64,000 nt of DNA from positions 32,001 through 96,000 of the forward strand of contig CBDESZ010000006.1 of NCBI GenBank assembly GCA_965242725.1, written 5' to 3'. Within the stretch, counting starts at the first letter, position 1. Each line of letters opens with the position of its first letter. Below, piece by piece: positions 10,323-19,124 of the stretch. The notes under the pieces were generated by a model, which had not been told where the DNA came from, ran no database searches, and saw nothing but the letters and a program-made list of their open reading frames with translations. Made by a program: the position numbers and the translations under genes. Source of the DNA: Alkalispirochaeta sp. GTDB lineage: Bacteria; Spirochaetota; Spirochaetia; DSM-27196; Alkalispirochaetaceae.

Positions 10323-10922
10323 GTCGCCCAAAGGATGTCCTACTTCTTGGAGCCTATGGGCTCGCCGGGGAAGCTATCTTGAGAGCCCTCGTTGGTACAG
10401 GTGTCTCCGTTACCGCGGCGGGACGCAACGAGCACAAACTCCTGGCCGCGATACAGGGAGTTAAGGAACGGGTCCCCGGAGCCGATGTTCAATCCGCCGT
10501 CTTTGACCCTCAGGATGCGAACGCTCTCAGAAGCGAACTGTCTGAGACGCGGGTGGTGATTAACGCCGTCGGTCCCTACCTTGACCACGGGGAGGCAATA
10601 GCCAAAAAGGCCATCGAGACGACAACCCATTACATCGACATAGCATCGAAGCAGGTGCACTACCGCAAAGTGAAGGAGCTCTCCGCCGACGCTGCGAGTG
10701 CAGGTGCGGGGTGGTGGGCAGCAGCAAACGGCTCGGTTCTACGCGTCTGATACGGCGCGCGCAACCGCGGTACTACCGGCCATCGTTGCACAACGGCTGA
10801 TTGCCCCGGGAGGCGGTGACACAGGGCTCACAGGGGTTTGTTCCGCACTTGAGTACTTTTCGAAGGAAAATGTGGAGCACGCCCTGAGAGTTGCGGGAGT
10901 CGAACTGAAGGAGATTGGATGA
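10319..10922 (+). pseudogene. Saccharopine dehydrogenase-like oxidoreductase, internally deleted/frameshifted
   Basis: GAYGLAG Rossmann motif, VINAVGPY and HYIDI in 10319-10750; C-terminal-like remnant (TARATA...GVCS) in another frame. Confidence 0.65.
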
Positions 10923-11040
10923 AGCGAAAGCGTGCACGAGTGGAACGAAAGTCCTCAGTCGGGTATCTTAGTACCAGCTAATCAGAGCCGTAAGGTGGGA
11001 TGCGCTGCCGCACGGCGGCTTTGATCCGCTGAGGAGCACG

Positions 11041-11829
11041 ATGCAGATAGGTGAACTAGCCAAACGGGCCAACGTGCCGCGGTCGACCTTACGATACTAC
11101 GAGCGAGAAGGAGTTCTGGTTCCCGAGGCCCGGACTTCGTCAGGGTATCGGATATACGGCGAGAGAGCGGTGTATCAGGCGAAGCTCATTCGCCACTCGC
11201 AGAATCTTGGCCTTCAACTCGCCGAAATCCGTGAAATACTGGCCGGGGACGCCCCAAACGGCGAGACACTCAGAAGAATAGCAGAGCACCGATACATCGA
11301 ACTCGAGAAGGAGAGCGCCCGACTCGCGGTCCAGCGGCACGAGTTGCGGTCAATACTAATCGATTTGGAGCGATCCGGCGACAAATCTCCGGACCAAGTC
11401 TTAGCACGCCTCTCATCTCACGTTTGCCACGACGAAAACGGCCGCACACACCTCGGCGACGGTTTTCGCGGGTTGGCGGCGCGACTCAACTGTGCACTGG
11501 CGAAGGAGGAGGCCGCACCGTTCCTTGATGTCTTAAAACAGGGGCACTACCACGTCTGGAAGTATCGTGTGGGTTACCGGATTCTTGCTGTTCACCCTTC
11601 CGTGGCGGCATCAAATGCGCTTGAGGCACTCGTCAGGCTCGAATCGGATTGTGACGCTCATCCGGAACCGCAGCTTGCCCCCCACCGAGAAGGAACTCTT
11701 CTCACGGTCACCGGTGATGCTTCGTTTCTGTACGCGACCCTCTTCGTTCATCTCGACGAGGTAAACGAGCTCGCCCCTGAGCCGAAAAGACCGACGATAG
11801 AGATCGTCAACTACGACTGCGATTCATAG
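11041..11829 (+). CDS. MerR-family regulator with extended Cys/His-containing C-terminal domain
   Basis: MQIGELAKRANVPRSTLRYYER HTH; HVCH, LNC and ESDCDAH; GAGGAG RBS. Confidence 0.85.
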   Translation: MQIGELAKRANVPRSTLRYYEREGVLVPEARTSSGYRIYGERAVYQAKLIRHSQNLGLQLAEIREILAGDAPNGETLRRIAEHRYIELEKESARLAVQRHELRSILIDLERSGDKSPDQVLARLSSHVCHDENGRTHLGDGFRGLAARLNCALAKEEAAPFLDVLKQGHYHVWKYRVGYRILAVHPSVAASNALEALVRLESDCDAHPEPQLAPHREGTLLTVTGDASFLYATLFVHLDEVNELAPEPKRPTIEIVNYDCDS

Positions 11830-11830
11830 T

Positions 11831-12337
11831 TCATGTCGTCTTCGGCGCCGTTAGTTCTACATGGAATAGCTCGGTCAACTCGCGGTCAAAGGCAACCTCG
11901 CTATAGCCGATCAGAAACGAAGGCACCGGCCAGGTAGTCAAACACTGAATAGGCCTTCCCTCCGCCACACCGAGCGACAGGAGCTTGCGAACGCCCGCTT
12001 CGTCGCGGGTGTCGATGTGTATGATGCTACCCGCATCGCCGGGCTTGAGTTCCGAGCCTTTCCGGCGATTCGCGGATTCCTCGTTGGTGGTTACGACCTC
12101 ACTTTTCATCGATCTCCTCCCATTTTCCCTTAATGTCCGCCGGCGTTGGGCACCCGCCGCACCGAGTCGCTCTACGGCCCTCCGCACTAGGCGCAGGGGA
12201 GCGGGCTCCGGGGGCAAAAGGTAACCGCAGCGAGGACAACACTGCTTTCCGCAATAGCTGGTTAACGGACAGGAGACGCAACTGCGCTCCAGCTCCGCCG
12301 CATCCGTGCTGTATCCACAAAATGGGCATTGCGTCAT
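11831..12337 (-). CDS. feoA: FeoA with N-terminal Cys-rich domain
   Basis: ELKPGD..I...RKLLSLGV..G FeoA core; CPFC, CVSCPLTSYC and CCPRC; ATGA overlap with the feoB stop. Confidence 0.8.
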   Translation of the reverse strand: MTQCPFCGYSTDAAELERSCVSCPLTSYCGKQCCPRCGYLLPPEPAPLRLVRRAVERLGAAGAQRRRTLRENGRRSMKSEVVTTNEESANRRKGSELKPGDAGSIIHIDTRDEAGVRKLLSLGVAEGRPIQCLTTWPVPSFLIGYSEVAFDRELTELFHVELTAPKTT

Positions 12338-13782
12338 GCCCATAGCCTCAGCGCCGTCAACAGTTGGTTCAGCAGAAACCCAACGAGAAATGCAAAGGGG
12401 AAAATGATGGACCCCATCGCCACGGCCGTCTTCCAGCCGCGTTCCCGAATGGTTATCGCGAACTGTGCTACGCACGGCACAAACAGGGTAAGGGTAGCCG
12501 CAGCGACTACGAGCTGCCGAGGCGAGAGAAGCCCCGAGCGCTGAAGATCGAAAAGGCCGGCCGCACCGTAATCCCTCCGGAAGAAACCGAACAAGAACGC
12601 CCGCGCCGTTTCATCGGGCAAGCCAATGGCGTTGACCAGCGGACGGATCGCTTCGAGAACGAGGCCAAACAGGCCGGTTAGGTTGCCGAGCCAGATGAAA
12701 ATACTTGCCAGAACAAACAACGGAAAGACTTCCTTGAAGTACCAGTGGACCCGGGTGTAGCTTTTTTGAAGAACGTTCGATAGCTTGGGAACCCGGAGGG
12801 GGGGAAGCTCCATATAGAAGTTCGGACGACGTCCAGGCAGTATCTGCGCGGTCAAGAATCCGACCAGCAAGAACACGCCCATGAGAAAGATCCCCCATAC
12901 CGCAAGGGCGCCGGGAACCGGGGAGAGTAAGCCGATTATTACGCCGAGCTGGGCGGAACACGGAATCGCGAGCGCCAGGAGGAAGTTCGCGATCAGGCGT
13001 TCCCGCTTGGTTTCGAGTGTCCTCGTAACCACGGTTGCCATAGTATCGCATCCGAAACCCAGAGTCATAGGAATCACCGCCCGTCCGTTCAGTCCGATCC
13101 GTTTGAACACCCGGTCCAAGAGCATGGCAAGTCGGGGTAGATAGCCCGAGTCTTCGATCACTGAGAATAAGAGAGAAAAGGTCGCGACGATTGGGAGGAT
13201 AAGCGCGACCGCGTATCGAACTCCAAGGGTGATGACTCCGTACTCATGGGCCAGGAGATCCTGGGCCCAGACCCACGGCAAGAAGCGTTCAACCACGTTG
13301 TTTACCCAGGGATTGATGTAGCCTTCGAACAACTCGACTTCGAGAAGGTCCACAAGGATCTGCGCGCCAAAAACGCCTACAAACTGGTAGAGACCGAAAT
13401 AGACGACAAGTACCAGTATCGGGACACCGGCGACGGGGTGTGTCGTCAATGTCGCCAGCGTTTCGCGAAGCGGTTTCCGTCCCACCTTCGCCTTGCGGAG
13501 TAATGCCTCGTCCGCGATCTTGAAACACGACTCCTGTCGATTCACGGTGATAACGTATGAGAGCGGACGATCGTACCGGGCAGCGGTCTTATCGATACGA
13601 CGATGGATTGCCGGAAAGCGCTCGCCCTCGATTCTACGAACTTCCTCGGTAATCCCAGGATCTCCCTCAAGCAACATCGTTGCAACGGCGCGTCGTGGAA
13701 TGTCGTAGCTCCCGGCAAGTTTCTCTGATATCTGGGAAATTGCCTCTTCAATGGGCTCGTCGAGTTTAGTTGAGAAGGCCAT
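12334..13782 (-). CDS. feoB: FeoB membrane/gate domain (C-terminal half)
   Basis: EDSGYLPRLA, GFGC, IPCSAQ, MELPP and FVPC motifs; own AGAGGA RBS. Confidence 0.9.
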   Translation of the reverse strand: MAFSTKLDEPIEEAISQISEKLAGSYDIPRRAVATMLLEGDPGITEEVRRIEGERFPAIHRRIDKTAARYDRPLSYVITVNRQESCFKIADEALLRKAKVGRKPLRETLATLTTHPVAGVPILVLVVYFGLYQFVGVFGAQILVDLLEVELFEGYINPWVNNVVERFLPWVWAQDLLAHEYGVITLGVRYAVALILPIVATFSLLFSVIEDSGYLPRLAMLLDRVFKRIGLNGRAVIPMTLGFGCDTMATVVTRTLETKRERLIANFLLALAIPCSAQLGVIIGLLSPVPGALAVWGIFLMGVFLLVGFLTAQILPGRRPNFYMELPPLRVPKLSNVLQKSYTRVHWYFKEVFPLFVLASIFIWLGNLTGLFGLVLEAIRPLVNAIGLPDETARAFLFGFFRRDYGAAGLFDLQRSGLLSPRQLVVAAATLTLFVPCVAQFAITIRERGWKTAVAMGSIIFPFAFLVGFLLNQLLTALRLWA

Positions 13783-14332
13783 GGGCACGTTCCTCTATTC
13801 TCGTGACAAGTGCGGCAATCCCGTCGCCTCGTATGGCGGTTAACGGAATTACCGGCAGCCGGATCCGATCGGCAAGCCGTTCGGTGTCTATGACAAGACC
13901 AGCCCGAGCCAGCTCATCCATCATGTTTATTGCGACAATGACGTCGAAGCCCGTCTCGACCAGTTGGGCAGTGAGGGGAAGTGATCGAGCGAGGGCTTTG
14001 GCTTCAATAACGTGGACGACAATATCGGGTCTTTCCTGAAATAGGAGGCGCCTGGTCACCCCCTCCTCCTCGGTGATGCAAGAAAAGGTATACATACCGG
14101 GAGTGTCGATTACCTCCATAGGAATCCCCGTTCCGGTGTCAAAGCGACCCCGGAATACCTCCACGGTTGTACCGGGATAGTTTGAAACCGTTGTCGTTCC
14201 GCCGATTAACCTGTTGAACACCACGCTCTTGCCTACGTTCGGATTGCCTACCAATGCAATCTGGTAAGCGGCGTTACCTATTGACGCACCCCTCGCGGCA
14301 GCGTGGCACGAACCCGTCGTTGTCCGTTTCAT
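13766..14332 (-). CDS. feoB: FeoB GTPase domain as a separate ORF
   Basis: GNPNVGKS, NYPGTTVE, DTPG and NMMD motifs; AGGAG RBS. Confidence 0.9.
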   Translation of the reverse strand: MKRTTTGSCHAAARGASIGNAAYQIALVGNPNVGKSVVFNRLIGGTTTVSNYPGTTVEVFRGRFDTGTGIPMEVIDTPGMYTFSCITEEEGVTRRLLFQERPDIVVHVIEAKALARSLPLTAQLVETGFDVIVAINMMDELARAGLVIDTERLADRIRLPVIPLTAIRGDGIAALVTRIEERAHGLLN

Positions 14333-14381
14333 ATGCACTCCTAAAGCGGGGAAATGATTAGTTCTGTCTTTTGTATGGAGA

Positions 14382-14434
14382 AGCATACAGTCGCGGTTAA
14401 GTTTGGTCAATTGAGTTTTGTTAGGGACAGCTAA
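14382..14434 (-). promoter_or_regulatory. feo promoter with possible DtxR-family operator
   Basis: Minus strand TTGACC-17-TATGCT; TTAG-N6-CTAA palindrome at 14421-14434. Confidence 0.5.
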
Positions 14435-14565
14435 TTTTTTCTGGCTCTTTCGATTTCCCGCTCTGAAGTTACGAGCGTGTTCGCGTGCGGTTGGTGCTTA
14501 CCGACGGGGCCGAAGCCGTCCACCAGTTCGGCTTATGGAACCACCATCGACGTAGCAAACCACCC

Positions 14566-14622
14566 TTGACGGTTATCGCCGTGCCTGTCATACTAATCAT
14601 ATCAGTACTTGGTGATGTGATT
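14566..14622 (+). promoter_or_regulatory. Promoter with ArsR/SmtB-type operator
   Basis: TTGACG-17-CATACT followed by dyad AATCATATCA-N8-TGATGTGATT at 14595-14622. Confidence 0.7.
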
Positions 14623-14708
14623 ACCAAAGAGAAACTTACAAGCCAGTATTGCCCTATTCTTATCTTAATATGTGAAGCGAACAGCGCTTCAACAGGAGAA
14701 TTCCAGAC

Positions 14709-15179
14709 ATGAACAAAAGAGTTATCATCGTATTGGTTTTATTCGCCGTGGCGGGGCACCTCGCCTTCGCCGGCGGCGCGGGAGAGACACCCGTCGGCAC
14801 TCTGCCCTCAGGCGGTCGACAGGCGTACTCTGGAGAGGCTATTACCCTGTCCGGAACACTGGACCTCCAGCCGGGAAATGCGTTTGCCGTTCTGCAAACC
14901 GGCTCGGAGGCGTGGGGGCTGATGCTTCCCCGAATGTATGGCTACGACATCCCGGTGAAAAGCGGGGACGACCTTACGGTAACCGGCTTTGAAGTGCCCG
15001 GCCCGCGATGGAGCGCCGGCGGCCGCGGGCGCTACCTGATGGTGGAGAGCGCCGTGATTTCCGGACGGGAATATGTGCTGCCCGGCGAGTACGAGCGCTA
15101 CGACATGATGGGCTGGGGCGGTGACCGCTGGGGCCACGGCCGCAGAGGCGGCTACGCATACCAGCGCGGATGTTGGTAA
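14709..15179 (+). CDS. Exported hypothetical protein (possible OB-fold, Gly/Met-rich tail)
   Basis: AGGAG RBS, signal peptide ending AFA-GGAGE, beta-rich core. Confidence 0.65.
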   Translation: MNKRVIIVLVLFAVAGHLAFAGGAGETPVGTLPSGGRQAYSGEAITLSGTLDLQPGNAFAVLQTGSEAWGLMLPRMYGYDIPVKSGDDLTVTGFEVPGPRWSAGGRGRYLMVESAVISGREYVLPGEYERYDMMGWGGDRWGHGRRGGYAYQRGCW

Positions 15180-15191
15180 GGAGCTGCCCTA

Positions 15192-15611
15192 ATGCTGACC
15201 AAGCAGGTAAATGGTTTAGCGACAAAGGCCAATTTCTTCCGTGGCCTCGGTGACGCCAGCCGGCTTGCCATTCTGGAGACGCTGCGAGACCGGCCACGGA
15301 CGGTCGGCGATATCGTCAGCGAAACCGGCTTGTCCCAGTCAAACGTCTCCAACCACCTGGGCTGCCTCAGAGAATGCGGCCTGGTAACGGCGGAGCGAAA
15401 CGGATGGTACGTTACCTACAGCTTGAGCGATGATCGGGTAGCCGAATTATTATCGACCGCCGAGGCGCTCCTTTCCGATGTAGCGAGGGGTGTTTACGAA
15501 TGTACCCGGTACAACGCTCCGCAGCAGGCCGGGAAGAAGGACCAGTATACGGCGGCGCGGTTTACCGGCGTAATCGGTGACGGAGCTTCAAAAGCGAAGG
15601 AGAACAGATGA
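15192..15611 (+). CDS. ArsR/SmtB-family repressor (CmtR-like)
   Basis: FRGLGDASRLAIL; SNHLGCLRECGLV plus a C-terminal Cys. Confidence 0.88.
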   Translation: MLTKQVNGLATKANFFRGLGDASRLAILETLRDRPRTVGDIVSETGLSQSNVSNHLGCLRECGLVTAERNGWYVTYSLSDDRVAELLSTAEALLSDVARGVYECTRYNAPQQAGKKDQYTAARFTGVIGDGASKAKENR

Positions 15612-15649
15612 ATCCCCAAAAGGAAGGAGAACGGATGAATCCCCAAAAG
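15596..15649 (+). repeat. 27-bp tandem duplication covering the RBS and start codon
   Basis: GAAGGAGAAC(A/G)GATGAATCCCCAAAAG twice, 1 mismatch. Confidence 0.9.
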
Positions 15650-17761
15650 ACGGAAGTGCGCGTCGGCAATCTGGACTGCGAGCACGATGCGGCAACTATT
15701 GAACGAGGCTTAAAAGATTTTACCGGTATGGTTGATCTCAAGGTATATCCCAAATCTGCCAAAGTCGCGCTGACCTATGACCCGGACCAGACCAGCGTGG
15801 ATGCACTGAAACAAAAATTGGAGACCCTGGGTTTCCCGCCGCAAGAAGGCGCCGGAGCGGCCGGGCCGGTCACGCCCTGGCGCAATCCGAAAGTATTGAC
15901 TTCGGTGGGGTCCGGGGTCCTGCTTCTGGTCGGCTGGCTGATCGGCCTGGCCGGTGCACCGGCGGCCATCGCTACCGCGATTTTTGTCGCTGCGATTCTG
16001 ATCGGCGGATACTACTTCGGTCGTGAAGCCCTTGAAGAACTGATCTTTGAGCGCCGGATTGGTATTGAACTGCTGATGAGTATTGCAGCCATAATCGCCT
16101 CTGCAATGGGTGCTCTATTGGAAGGGGCGATGCTCGTTTTTCTCTACTCCATCAGTGAAGCTGCTGAAGGTTATACGGAAGAGAAGACACGTGGTGCGAT
16201 TAAAGCTCTTATGGAACTGACGCCGAAGGTAGCGTTGGTTCGACGGGATGGCCGCGAGCAGGAAATCCCGATCGAAGAACTGGTTGTCGGAGACGTGTTT
16301 ATCGTCAAACCGGGTCAATCACTAGCTACCGACGGGGAGGTACTGGACGGTGACTCCAGCGTCAACCAGGCGCCGGTAACCGGAGAGAGCGTCCCCGTGG
16401 AGAAACATCTCGGAGACCCGGTTTTCGCCGGCAGCATCAACGGTGAGGGCGCCCTGGAAGTCCGCGCTACCAAGACATCCGCGGACAATACCATCGCTCG
16501 CATTATCACCATGGTAGAAGAGGCGCAGGAGAAAAAAGGCAAGAGCCAGCGCTTCATTGAGCGTTTCGGAGCACGCTACAGCCCGATCGTTCTGCTCATC
16601 GGCATCCTGGTGGCCGTTGTCCCGCCGTTACTCCTTAGCGCAGATTGGGTAACCTGGATTACGAGGGCAACGGTGTTCATTGTGGCAGCGGCGCCCTGCG
16701 CCCTGGTCATATCCATCCCGATTACACTGGTGGCTTCGTTGGGCACGGGCGCACGCAATGGCGTCCTGATTAAAGGTGGCGTATATGTCGAAGAACTGGC
16801 GAAAGTGAAAGTTCTCGCATTGGACAAGACCGGCACGCTGACGCGCGGTGAGCCGGAAGTAACCGATGTTGTTCTTTTCGACGAGAACGGAGACCACCCG
16901 GCAAAGTCTCAGCAGGACTTTCTGGCAATGGCGGCCGGCATTGAACGACGCAGCGGCCATCCTCTTGCGCAGGCTATTGTACGGCATGCGGGGGCGCAGG
17001 GCGTGCGGCCGGCCGAGCTATCCGACTTTCGCTCGTTGACCGGGGCCGGCGCTTCTGCGCGACTGGATGGGAACACGGTTTACATCGGCAGTCCGGACCT
17101 GTTCGACTCGAAGTTGGGAATCTCCATGGACAACGCCCGGGAGGAGATCACTCATCTGCAGAATGAAGGGAAAACGGTGGTGGTGCTCGGTGATGAACAA
17201 GCCCCCTGGGGGCTGATTGCCGTCCGTGACAACATCCGTCCCAATGCCCGGAAAGCCATTGACGCGGTGCACGCCGTCGGAGTCAACAACGTGGTCATGC
17301 TGACCGGTGACAACGAACGTACCGCTCGCGCGATTGCTCGGGAACTGGGGATCGACGATGTGTTTGCCGACCTGAAACCGGACGACAAGGCCGCTAAGGT
17401 ACGCGAGTTGACTTCCCGTTATGGACACGTGGCGATGGTTGGGGACGGGGTAAACGATGCCCCTGCCCTCGCCGAAGCTACCGTGGGCGTTGCGATGGGC
17501 GCGGCCGGAACGGACGTGGCGCTTGAGACCGCTGATGTTGCGCTAATGGCCGACAATCTGGAGCAATTGGCCTATGCGCTGCGCCTGGCGAAGCGCAACC
17601 AGTCGGTCGTGAAACAGAACCTGTTTCTTTCAGCAGTTGTGATCGGCGCACTGGTAATCGGGGCGCTCGGCGGCTGGTTCACACTGCCAATCGCCGTATT
17701 GGGCCACGAGATTAGCGAGTTTGTGGTCATCGGCAGCGGCCTGCGTATGCTGCGATCGTAA
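15608..17761 (+). CDS. Heavy-metal P1B-type ATPase (CadA/ZntA-like)
   Basis: Degenerate HMA NLDCEHD, TGES, APC, DKTGT, HP, GDGVND and HEISE. Confidence 0.92.
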   Translation: MNPQKEGERMNPQKTEVRVGNLDCEHDAATIERGLKDFTGMVDLKVYPKSAKVALTYDPDQTSVDALKQKLETLGFPPQEGAGAAGPVTPWRNPKVLTSVGSGVLLLVGWLIGLAGAPAAIATAIFVAAILIGGYYFGREALEELIFERRIGIELLMSIAAIIASAMGALLEGAMLVFLYSISEAAEGYTEEKTRGAIKALMELTPKVALVRRDGREQEIPIEELVVGDVFIVKPGQSLATDGEVLDGDSSVNQAPVTGESVPVEKHLGDPVFAGSINGEGALEVRATKTSADNTIARIITMVEEAQEKKGKSQRFIERFGARYSPIVLLIGILVAVVPPLLLSADWVTWITRATVFIVAAAPCALVISIPITLVASLGTGARNGVLIKGGVYVEELAKVKVLALDKTGTLTRGEPEVTDVVLFDENGDHPAKSQQDFLAMAAGIERRSGHPLAQAIVRHAGAQGVRPAELSDFRSLTGAGASARLDGNTVYIGSPDLFDSKLGISMDNAREEITHLQNEGKTVVVLGDEQAPWGLIAVRDNIRPNARKAIDAVHAVGVNNVVMLTGDNERTARAIARELGIDDVFADLKPDDKAAKVRELTSRYGHVAMVGDGVNDAPALAEATVGVAMGAAGTDVALETADVALMADNLEQLAYALRLAKRNQSVVKQNLFLSAVVIGALVIGALGGWFTLPIAVLGHEISEFVVIGSGLRMLRS

Positions 17762-17835
17762 ATCCGCAACGCCTTCAGACGGGCACAACAGGACGTATTG
17801 CGAAAGGGATTGTACCTGCCGACGCAACACGTCCT

Positions 17836-17889
17836 GTCACGGAATCTTCATATCTCCGACAGGGAAACGTCATCTTCTGCAGTTACCGT
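17836..17889 (+). promoter_or_regulatory. OmpR-type 11-bp direct-repeat promoter
   Basis: GTCAC/TTCAT/GACAG/GTCAT at 17836/17847/17858/17869, then 10 nt, then TACCGT. Confidence 0.55.
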
Positions 17890-17948
17890 TATATATGTGC
17901 GAATGCATGGAGCACAATAGACGCACTAAAACTGAAAGGAGAAAAAAG

Positions 17949-19112
17949 ATGAAACATTTTCGTGGAACCCTGACGATGGCCGCGTCGCTGATCATCGGCG
18001 TTGCGGTGGGTAGTACGGTCTTTGCAGATGACGCCCAAAGAGGGACAAGAGGAACCGCGTGGGTAGCCGCCGGTATGGAGGACAGCCTCACCGCCGTAGA
18101 TGTCGCCACAGGGGAGGTGGTTGCTTCGCTTCCGGTAGGAGTGAATCCCCACATACTGAGCGTCAGCCCGGACGGTCGGACTCTGTACGTGATTAATGCG
18201 GGCGAGCACGACCGTGAGCCCCACTCCGAGTCCGATGTGGCCGGCCCCGGAGAAAGCATGGCAACGGGTGGCCCGGCCATGGGAAGCACCGCTGCCGGGC
18301 ACATGGAACGTGAACGTGACAAGGAGTTGGCGGGCAACAGTCTCTGGGCCGTCGACGGCGCCACGGGACGCATTATCGCTCGAGTACCCGTGGGATTGGG
18401 TCCTACTCATCCGCTTGCCTCTCCCGATGGCCGGTTCGTCTACGTGACGAACACGGATGAGAATACCGTCAGCGTCATCGATACACGCACGTGGACGGTC
18501 GTTGCTACCGTCGGAGGGCTTCCTGAGCCTCACGACGCGGCGATCACCCCGGACGGGCGCCTGCTCTACGTCGCCACATCCGAATCCAGCACTCTGTCGA
18601 TCGTGGATACGGTGCGGCGTAGCGTCGTGGCAAGCTTCGGTGTAGGCACCAAGCCGCGTGGAGTAGCGGTCGGAGGCGCCGAAGGCGAGACCGCCTATGT
18701 CACCAACAAGGCGGATGGAACAATGACGATACTGGACGTCCCGTCCGGAACCGTCCGTGGCACGTTTGAAGTGGGCCGTGGTGCTCATGCGCTTCGGGTT
18801 GCACCGGACGGACGCACGATCTATATCGCCCTGAGCCAGGAGAACGCCGTAGCGGTTTTCGATACCGAAACCACGACGGTTGTGCGCAAGATACCGGTTG
18901 GAACCACACCGGAACAGATTGACCTCAGTGCCGACGGCACCCTCTTGTTCGCCGCCAATAACGGAGACGCAACGATGACGATTATCCGCACCTCCGATCA
19001 AAAGCGCGTCACGACCGTGCCCGTAGGCGCCGGCGCATACGGTGTGCAAATGGTAACGATCGGTTTGAAGGCGACGGATAGCGATCATTCTACTTCGCGC
19101 ATGGGTCGATAG
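17949..19112 (+). CDS. Exported YVTN/YncE beta-propeller protein with His/Met-rich insert
   Basis: Signal peptide; repeated PH..SPDGR..YV blades including YVTN. Confidence 0.88.
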   Translation: MKHFRGTLTMAASLIIGVAVGSTVFADDAQRGTRGTAWVAAGMEDSLTAVDVATGEVVASLPVGVNPHILSVSPDGRTLYVINAGEHDREPHSESDVAGPGESMATGGPAMGSTAAGHMERERDKELAGNSLWAVDGATGRIIARVPVGLGPTHPLASPDGRFVYVTNTDENTVSVIDTRTWTVVATVGGLPEPHDAAITPDGRLLYVATSESSTLSIVDTVRRSVVASFGVGTKPRGVAVGGAEGETAYVTNKADGTMTILDVPSGTVRGTFEVGRGAHALRVAPDGRTIYIALSQENAVAVFDTETTTVVRKIPVGTTPEQIDLSADGTLLFAANNGDATMTIIRTSDQKRVTTVPVGAGAYGVQMVTIGLKATDSDHSTSRMGR

Positions 19113-19124
19113 ACAAAACAACGA

